DNA of 60,110 bases, counting the filler, from Squatina squatina (Eukaryota): assembly GCA_031763465.1 (NCBI GenBank). It is 3 parts of 3 records of this genome, joined end to end, with 100 filler letters (N's around TTAATTAATTAA, not from the genome) between each part and the next. Parts side by side here need not be neighbours in the genome. Positions count along the whole stretch, not along the records: positions 47,453 to 60,110 come from JARFOE010000115.1; 2 more parts are not named here. One strand, 5' to 3'. The stretch's first letter is position 1. Every line of letters starts with the position of its first letter. Below, one piece after another: positions 51,724 to 60,110 of the stretch. The notes under the pieces are model-generated. The model had not been told where the DNA came from. It made no database searches and saw only the letters and a list, made by a program, of their open reading frames with translations. Both the position numbers and the translations under genes were made by a program.

Positions 51724-51997
51724 TGGGGTTGCCAACTCTGGTTGGACGTGTTCCTGGAAGTCTTATCACATGATCACCCACCACCAAACGCCCCGTCCAG
51801 TCAAACAGCCTTTCTTCGCATCTCCAATATTTTTACAAGTAATAAACAAAAAATGTTCAAAGAAAATGAAAAGCACACAGTTCTTTTAATGCCCCGGTGA
51901 TTTTTTTTTTCTTCTGGGTTTGCTCGTAGCAGTGTCCAGGAGATTAATCTTTAATTCCTGGAGATTTCAGCTCAATCCTGGGGGGTTGGCAACACTT
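51724..51997. mobile_element. hAT-superfamily MITE
   Basis: TIRs tggggttgccaac / gttggcaacactt; flanking 8-mers ggtataac and gctataat (6/8 match, decayed 8-bp TSD). Confidence 0.7.
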
Positions 51998-52254
51998 GCT
52001 ATAATAGGCAGGCTTAAGGACATATAAACTTAGAAAAATGATGGACAGGAAAAGACCAGCTGCTCCATCCACCTCAACTGCACCTCTGGCAGCCACTCCT
52101 CTGCCAAGATAAATCTAGCCCTGTGTTTTTGTCAGAAAGAGTTCAGGCATTTTTACATTAGAGGAGCGTAGCCAACAGGAAATGCCTAATTATGTCTCTG
52201 TTCCTGCACTCCTAAGCAACCTGTTCTTTAGGGAACAAAGCCACAGATCTAGTT

Positions 52255-52686
52255 CCAGCATTTCCTGTTTCTATTTCAGATTCCAGCATCCGCAGTATTT
52301 TGCTTTTGTGTTCGTGTTTAATTCACTGCCACTTCTCTTCTAGGAATGCCCATCTTGAAGAAGTTCTGCTCTTCCCTCAGACGGGATTTCCCTTTGTCTC
52401 TTTCACCTTGTTCAGCTTCATTGCTTTCTGTTTCCCTTCTCGTGTTTGTCTTGCACCATCTCTTAATGTCCCTTAATCTCTCCTGCCTCCCACCCTATCA
52501 CAGAGCTTCCCTTTTGTTCTTTCTCCCCCTTTCCCTTTCCCTGCCCCTGAACTTGCTTAAAAACCTGCTACAATTCTAACTTTTTCCAGTTCTGACGAAG
52601 GGTCATCGACCTGAAATGTTAACTCTGTTTCTCTCTCCACAGATGCTGCCTGACCTGCTGAGTATTTCCAGCATTCTGTTTTTATT
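52255..52686 (+). mobile_element. Penelope-like element pseudo-LTR
   Basis: Terminal direct repeat ccagcatt..ctgttt.tatt; contains a hammerhead core; ends ctccacagatgctgcctgacctgctgagtatttccagcat. Confidence 0.75.
52588..52624 (+). ncRNA. Minimal type I hammerhead ribozyme motif (Penelope-associated)
   Basis: AGUU-CUGACGA-A-GGGUC-AUC-GACCU-GAAA-UGUU-AACU: core CUGAnGA and GAAA, 5-bp stem II (one G-U pair), 4-bp stem I; stem III palindrome ACGU appears as AUGU. Confidence 0.65.
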
Positions 52687-52689
52687 CCA

Positions 52690-53100
52690 TTAAAGTAAGT
52701 ATATTTTTACACAATTTAAAAGATTTTTTTCAAATTTTCAAAATTATTTTGTATTGGTTATCTAATTATATATAATTTTATTAAATTTTAATGTTTGAGT
52801 AGTTTTTAAAATGTGTTTTTAAGTGATTGTACAGTTTTGCTATCTCCCATTCATACTTCTACAAATCTCCGTAAATGTCAGAGATACTCCTACCTGATTG
52901 GTTGGGGCCTCCCACATGATCTCACCAGTGTATGTAAACCGCATAAGCTGGTCGGGATCCCTGGCCTGCTCCACCTACGCTCCTGTAGAGGCCCAGGAAT
53001 GCAAGGCTGCGAACCTCCCCGAACACCAGGTAAATTCATATGGATCTTTCCAGTCAGAGGCCTGCATCCGCGGCAAAGCTCTGACCGGAATTTCAGCTCC
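52690..53100 (-). mobile_element. Non-autonomous DNA transposon (Harbinger-like MITE), same family as 39919
   Basis: Ends gaccggaatttcagctcc, reverse of ggagctgaaattccggtc; internal homology to 39919-40300. Confidence 0.65.
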
Positions 53101-54109
53101 AGTATAATCAGTAGAATTACCAAAGTATCATGTCTTTTGTTACTTCTGTGCCCAAGGAGTGAACAGGAGTGAAAAGTCTTGTGAAAATAATGCAAACTAC
53201 TGAACTGTTTCCTGCTGCTGCTTATCTGTTATTTTTAATAAACCTGTGCTGTGGTTTATAGTCCAAGCCACGTAACAACAGACTTCCTTGCATCAGCCAT
53301 ATATGGGTGTTGAGTGGCTGGAGCACAGCTCCGGCGCTTAAGTTCACAACTTTAACACCAGAAATGACTCCGAAATGGCAGTAAATTAAAATTTTACTGC
53401 TTCATATAATCGTTCAGCACATTCAAGAGAATCAAGGGATTTGGGGATAAAGTGGAAAAGTAGAGTTGAGGTTGAAGATCAGCCATGATNNNNNNNNNNN
53501 NNNNNNNNNNNNNNNNNNNNNNNNNNNNNNNNNNNNNNNNNNNNNNNNNNNNNNNNNNNNNNNNNNNNNNNNNNNNNNNNNNNNNNNNNATAAAATCAAA
53601 GTCATTTGTTAGAACAGCTCCAATTTTCAAAAGGATTTGACTTTTGAGCTTAAAACTAACATAGGAGACAACATTTCCCCCCCCAAAAGTTTCAATCTAG
53701 ATTTAAGTTTTATTTATTTCAGCCCATATGAAAATCAGGAACAATGTGTTCCCAACATTACGCTTTGTACTGATTTATTGTAGATAAAACATGGAGCCTG
53801 GTTTGTGACATAGTAACAGGCGGTGATATAATGTCCAGATAATGCAATTGGTATGCAATACATTTACACTTCAAAAAATAAAGATAATGAACATACAGTG
53901 CTCTGAAACACAGCAACATTGTGGTACTGCCGATGTCTCTCAGCATTTGAGTCACACACAAATACTTTTACAAGCATTAATAAGATCCAATTAATATATT
54001 TCAATAACATGCTTTTGTTTTACTACAACTAGCTTTCAAAAAGGATTGGACTGCGGAAACCCATTTTCTAATTAACCCAACTGACTTAAACAAGTTACTT
54101 CAATTTAGT

Positions 54110-54248
54110 ATAAAAACAGAAAATGTTGGAAATACTCATCTGTGGAGATAGAAACAGAGTTAACGTTTCAGGCCTGGCCTGCTGAGTATTCCCAGCATTT
54201 TCTGTTTTTATTCCCGATTTCCAGCATCCGCAGTATTATGCTTTTCTG
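54110..54248. mobile_element. Penelope-like terminus, inverted arrangement
   Basis: taaaaacagaaaatgttggaaatactca ... tgagtattcccagcattttctgttttta; carries a partial hammerhead (cctgaaacgttaactc on the - strand). Confidence 0.7.
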
Positions 54249-54943
54249 CTTCAATTAAGCATATATTTTAATACTCTCTCATGTTTAGCACAGGTGTATC
54301 CTAAGGTTCTTAAGTCTGAGTAAACTAACTTGCTTATCCAGGTTCTGAGAGCCATTTTTAAAGGCAGTGCAGATTACAGCAAAGTTACTCCATTTGCCTT
54401 CTACTTCTGCAAGATGCCTGGTGATACAAATGATTAGCAAGCATGCATAGTTTGCAATACAGGTTGTGACTGTACCAAATGGTTTCTCATTAATGCAAAC
54501 TTCATTAAAAAGCAGCTATTTGGAAACAGCTCCCCCACTCTACCCCCCGCCTTTAATTATATATTGGAGTCGCATTCACTGGGTATGAAGGGAATGGAAC
54601 TGAACTGAAAAAATACACATTTTATACAAACGATAATTTCAAAAGGCATGTGGAACATTAAAATTTGGTACCACATGCAGAGGAAGCAAATGTTCAAAGC
54701 CACAAGTGTTGTATAATGCTGTGGTTTAATATTTGATTTTAGTTTACAGAAACTATTTACCAAGGTTATGGACACCCCACACAGTGTGTGAGTTTGAGAC
54801 TGCACAAGTGGCCACAAAAGCTTATAGATATATTACATGAATTTATCCCCGACCCCTTCTAAAAAAAGCCTTTAGAATGTAATGCCAAATGTTTCACAAA
54901 CTAGCAAAAAATGCCCAGTTTTAAAAGCAAACCATCAGCGTAC

Positions 54944-55059
54944 CTGGCTCTCGAGTGACATCTATCTTTCCCACATGGATGCCAAGTTCTCCACATGACT
55001 TTCCGAGGTGCTCCCAATCGGCCTGGATTTGTTTGCATGCTGGGCACCACGGGGCATGG
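54944..55059 (-). CDS. TMX4: Thioredoxin-related transmembrane protein 4, active-site exon
   Basis: tttttctctgcag acceptor and gtacgc donor, 116 nt, phase 2-1. Translates HAPWCPACKQIQADWEHLGKSCGELGIHVGKIDVTREP. Lies between HAO1 and PLCB1 as in human. Confidence 0.88.
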
Positions 55060-55104
55060 CTGCAGAGAAAAAAAGTTAGCATTTAGACTTTTATTCAACT
55101 CATG

Positions 55105-55550
55105 AAAAGAAAGACTTGCTTTTTATATAGCACCCTTCACAACCTCAGGACATCTCAAAGCACTTTACAGCCAATGAAGTACTTCTGAAGTGTAGTCACT
55201 GTAAGGAAGCACGGGAGCCAATCTGCGCACAGCAAGCTCCCACAAACAGCAATGCATTAAGGACCAGATAATCTGTTTTAGTGATGTTGATTGAGGAATA
55301 ATTATTGTCCAGGACACCAGGGATAACTGCCCTGTTCTTCAAAATAGCGCCATGAGATCTTTTATGTCCATCTGAGAGAGCAGTGGGAGCCTCGGTTTAA
55401 CGTCTCATCCGAAAGATGGCAGTGCAGCACTCCCTCAGTACTGCAGTGGAGTGTCAGCCAAGATTTTTGTGTTCAAGTCTCTGGAATGGGACTTGAACCC
55501 ATAACCTTCTGATTCAGAGGCCAGAGTGTTACCCATTGGACAACAGCTGA
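55105..55550 (-). mobile_element. Deu-domain SINE, near full length
   Basis: Reverse complement of the 42312 type, including B box (gggacttgaaccc) and aaagaaagacttgc tail. Confidence 0.85.
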
Positions 55551-58500
55551 CACGGGAGAACAAGCACCATTTTTATGCAATCAGCGAATTTAACAAAAAC
55601 TCAACATCGGTGTTCTTTGCTCCTGCAACAAGAAAAAAAGGTGTCAAACCATCCAGTCTGTACCTGTTCTCCCTTCCCACCCCTCCACATTTCCTCATCA
55701 CAATATGCAACATTTCCACGACTACAAACACACTGCAGATTTCTCATGTTTTTCTAATTAATTTTGCACTCGTTCAATAGACACCAGTCAGTGCTGGGGA
55801 TTGGAATGCTTTTTCTACTTTTGCTACCCATCATCAGCATCAAGTGTTATAAAAACTCCCCAAAATACTGCTCTAGACTGACAATTTTTTCCCCTACTTC
55901 TCACACCAGCCATCCTTATGGCCTCTTGAGTGAGACACAATGGAAAGCCACAAGGAGAATTTGCATCAGAAGAGTTTCATCACTGTGAGGCTGCGTTTGA
56001 ACCCCGTCCCCAGATATGAAAGGCAAGTATCCAACCCAGTTCAAGACCTAGCCTCTGACAATGTGCAACCCATGTATTAATATTCGAAGATCAGGAAACA
56101 GATAAAGTGGTACTGAGCAATGGGATTTAAAACATCCAAGAACTGCATTTGCACTGAAAATGCTTCAGTGTGGATTGTTCATATTTTACAAATGCAGAAC
56201 ACAAGCAGACATTTTAAGAAGTAGAAATAGAGCAGTGTTTTTTTTTTAAACTTTAGCTCATTCCTCTTCCAGAGTAATCACACTCCTGTCCATTGGAATG
56301 CACCTGCTCTGTTCTCTGTGTAATCTGCAAGAACAAAATCCAGTGGATGGACACCCTGTGCAACACAAGACTTTTAGTAGTAAANNNNNNNNNNNNNNNN
56401 NNNNNNNNNNNNNNNNNNNNNNNNNNNNNNNNNNNNNNNNNNNNNNNNNNNNNNNNNNNNNNNNNNNNNNNNNNNNNNNNNNNNTAATGGCATAAATTTG
56501 GGGTATTTGCCCTTTCGTTCCTCACTAAAGACAGCTGAAAAAGTTAGGGCTTGTGCATTCATGAGTAAATGAGTTTTTAAACAGCGTGATATATGACAAT
56601 TACTGCTGAATAAACTCTCTGGTCCTGAAAAATTAATTTTACAAGTTGGATTCTCATTCCCTCAGAATTAGTGTTGGAGATTTTTTTTTTAAAGTCTGTG
56701 TTTCTTTTATCTCTCTCCCTTAATCCCATCTGTATTTCCTAATCTTTATTTCACTTTCTGATCATTTAAATCCAATTTATATTTCCCGATTTATACATTC
56801 TGGTTTGGACTCTGCATGGCTCAGTGAGGATTCTTCAATCTGATTGGTTGAAGAGCCTCATTATCTCTTGACCTGCTCACAAATCTCCTGTAGAAGGCGC
56901 CATGCTGGATCAGGCACCCGATGACAGGAAGTCTCCACTCTAAAGCCTGTGACCTCATTGTGGGCAGCAGTCAGCGCGTTAACGAGCATCATTCCTTCAC
57001 AAATGCAAAATCCAGGCCAGTGTATCTGGAGCCCCAAGTCATTCTGCTGCTCCAATCCTTTAAAGCGTTTTATCATTTAATGCATGTCTTCTCCTTATTC
57101 TTCCATTTTGAAATGTATCAACTAACTTCTGAAGCCTCAAATTCCATTTGATATCTAATTTCTGTATCTATTACCAATCCCAAATGATCCCAACACTGAC
57201 TCTGTTTACATCCCTCCAGTCCAAGAAGCATCCATTAATCACTACTCTCTCTTTACCTTTTTTTTTTAAGTAACTTCCTATCCATGCTGCCANNNNNNNN
57301 NNNNNNNNNNNNNNNNNNNNNNNNNNNNNNNNNNNNNNNNNNNNNNNNNNNNNNNNNNNNNNNNNNNNNNNNNNNNNNNNNNNNNNNNNNNNCCTGACTG
57401 CGCACGCACAGACTTGGCGCGGTGCCTGATTGCCTGATTGCCCAGGTTTTCAATTCTTAAAATCTGGTCATCCTATTGATGAGCCGAGTTATTTTCGGTG
57501 ATAATTACTAATTCAATGGCAAAGTCTAAACTGATATTGTGAGGCTCATGTTGAAAAACAGGCCCATTTCAAAAGGTCTCCTCTTTCCCACTATAAATTA
57601 AACCATTGTTCTATTTGATTCATTGGGTGAGCAGCATGACTTGTAAGAAAAAGTATACATTCAAAAGGTCTGTTAAAAAGCTAAATCTGCATGTTTATTT
57701 CAGATTCTTACTTCCCAGGCTCAATCCAAAACACTGGCAATTACAGGGATGAAGGAGAGGACTTAAATCTCATTATTTTGTTTTAACTCTTAATTACTTT
57801 AGACCCAGCCATCTGTTACAGAGTTGTTTACCAGACAGGTCAGAGGCTTTTAAGCTGGGGAAGCAGAAGGAGGCCCAAATTTTAGAGGATATGGGAGACG
57901 GCTAATAATGAAGGGGAGAAGCAGTGTTAAATTTCAAGGCATACAGGGATGAGAAATGTACCTTCAGACAAATAGGACAGCAATTAAGCAGACGGACAGT
58001 GAAAGAATGATGAATAAAGAACAAAGCTGAGAGTACTGAGAAGTAAGTATAACAGGGTAAAAGTTCCATTGTTTATAGGGAAATACTTAAAGCATTAGAA
58101 TTGAAGGGACCAATTTTCACTTGGGGAAAATTGGCATTAACCCAAAACCTACACATTGGGCCTCTGCATGTGTCTCAGTCAAGCAACTTTCCTGAGGCCA
58201 AGGAATAGCGAGGTGTATTGGGATGCCCATTTGATGTCCGCAGCTTGCTGCCATTCAAATGAGGCTGTGGCCTGAGAGTTGAGGCCGAGACTTCACCACC
58301 AATATGGGCAGCCAGTACAGTGGGCAGTGTTTGCAAGTGGACAAAACTATGGCAGGTGACATTCCATCAACATAACTGCAAAGCTTTACAATTGAAATTA
58401 AAAATTGGGGAACTTGCTTACTTAATGAATGGTGTTGATTTGGCTCAGGAGAGACTGAAAGGAATTAATATGTGCTGGTAGGCTTATCGCTGAGAATATC

Positions 58501-59051
58501 CAATCATTGCAGATTAACAATTAACAAAGCAAGTAAAATGCTGAGCTATATTGGTTGAGATTAAACTTGAGGCCAGCAGGCTATAGCTTAGTTCAGCTGC
58601 ACCTTGAATGCTGTATTCAGTAACCGAAGCACAAAGGCAACATCCAAGCTGTTGAGATGGTGCAGAGTGAAGCTGAGAGGCTGATCCCAAAGGCAAGAAA
58701 TCTAGGTTTTGAGGGGTTTGAAAATTTGGACTCTTTAGGCTTGAAAGAAACCAACTGAGAGGGCAAGTCTGTAAGACATTAACTAGAACAGGAAAGGCGA
58801 ATCCTGAAGACTGTTTCAAGTTAGCCATGACCGTAGAACAAAGGGACACAACTGCAGACTGCGAAAAGGCAAGTCGGAGACTCATTCCTCCTCACGGGGT
58901 GATTTAAAATTCAGGATGGTCTATCCGNNNNNNNNNNNNNNNNNNNNNNNNNNNNNNNNNNNNNNNNNNNNNNNNNNNNNNNNNNNNNNNNNNNNNNNNN
59001 NNNNNNNNNNNNNNNNNNNNNNNNNNNGTGCACTGTATGCATGTGCACAGC

Positions 59052-59080
59052 GTGTGTGTGTGAGAGAGAGAGAGAGAGAG
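59052..59080. repeat. Compound (GT)n(GA)n microsatellite upstream of the PLCB1 start
   Basis: gtgtgtgtgtgagagagagagagagagag. Confidence 0.9.
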
Positions 59081-59406
59081 CTGTGCTGAACGGAGAGCCA
59101 GTCCCTCAGTGGCTTTTAATAATGTTGGTCTCTTGCCTGTGGCGCCTCAGGGGTTTCGGTGCAGCTTTCAACGCTCATCCTCCCCCAGTGACTGGGTTCA
59201 TCTCCCAGGACTGTTGAGGAGACAGCGTGAGACTCACCCGGCCATCCCAGTAACACTGGGCTGTTCCTTTTTATTTTGGTGTGTATGCCACTGGTTCAGT
59301 TTGGTGGGGTGGGAGAAAAGAAGAAAAGATATCTGAGTCAACTGATTCTTATTGTTTTGAGTGTTTTCGTTTATTTATTGCGTTGAGGAACTTTCAATGT
59401 CTCTCA

Positions 59407-59505
59407 ATGGCTGGGGCACAGCCTGGGGTCCACGCTCTTCAGCTCAAACCTGTCTGCGTGCCTGAGAACTTAAAGAAAGGCAGCAAATTTATGAAATGGG
59501 ATGAT
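59407..59505 (+). CDS. PLCB1: Phospholipase C beta 1, first coding exon
   Basis: [33 protein letters not shown] followed by gtgagt donor; LKPVCV is PLCB1-type rather than PLCB3-type. Confidence 0.93.
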
Positions 59506-60110
59506 GTGAGTATTGACACTGAGATCAGCTTCCCATAAGATGAAACTGACGCTTTATTACAATGTGGCTGCTTCTGTTATTTCAGCTCGGCGTCCAGTCT
59601 GGATGTAAATATTACAGAGTAGCCCCTCGTTTAAAAAAAATCTATGTATTTTCTTTGCTCTTTCCGTGCATTGGGTGCCGCTGCAGCGGTGGCTGCCGAT
59701 TGAGAGAGGCAGCGAGCTGAGCTCGGCGACTTGGCTCGGCTCGGCCAAAGGGTGCGAGCAGAAAGCGTTCTCTCCGCAATCTGTCACCGGCCGCTGTGAG
59801 GACGGAGGAGGAGAAGGAGAGCCGTGTTAAAAATAGACCAGTGGTCCCATGTCAGCAACAGTCTGAACACATTGGCCTCAACCCCTCTGAGTGTTCAATG
59901 TCTCCATTTCTCTCTCTCTCCGCCCTTAATCCAAATCTCTTCGCTTCCTCTACTTTAATGTGTTGTATTGCACTTGTGTGGAGGGAGGTATCATCTCTGT
60001 TTTTCGTGCAGCACTGATTCGCCTCGATGCAACTCGTGTCGTTTATGTGTGTGTAACCTTTAGGAAGCTTTGTTTATTGTCCTTTACAGCAAACGTGCGG
60101 TGACCAGATC

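Noticed and set aside
56253-56326. Minus-strand acceptor followed by a short frame and stop
   Set aside because: Lies upstream of the TMX4 active-site exon, does not resemble TMX4, and has no other support

Overview
Eukaryotic genomic DNA, most likely a cartilaginous fish (shark/ray), inferred from its Deu-domain SINEs, CR1/L2 LINEs, Penelope termini and Harbinger elements. It is a fragmented assembly: short contigs joined by mostly fixed 100-N gaps, so only scattered exons of each gene are visible. Two artificial N44-TTAATTAATTAA-N44 linkers (25695-25794, 47353-47452) split the window into three synteny blocks. Block 1 resembles human 8q24.3: FBXL6, SMPD5, SPATC1, an unidentified + strand gene, GRINA, RECQL4, LRRC14. 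Block 2 resembles 11p: EXT2, FIBIN, BBOX1, plus a TMEM255-family exon. Block 3 resembles 20p12: HAO1, TMX4, PLCB1. Several exons (FBXL6, SMPD5 internal, GRINA last, EXT2 internal, BBOX1 internal, TMX4, two micro-exons) were read manually from splice signals because they are absent from, or out of frame in, the ORF track. Gene names rest on recalled similarity and synteny, not on database searches. I see no new multi-gene system. The best leads are: an unidentified gene between SPATC1 and GRINA; a mitochondrial-presequence-like N-terminal extension on BBOX1; a TMEM255 exon mixing A and B features in an unexpected neighbourhood; a RECQL4 exon ending in a stop next to a Harbinger relic; duplicated micro-exons upstream of the SPATC1 last exon; and Penelope-borne minimal hammerhead ribozymes.
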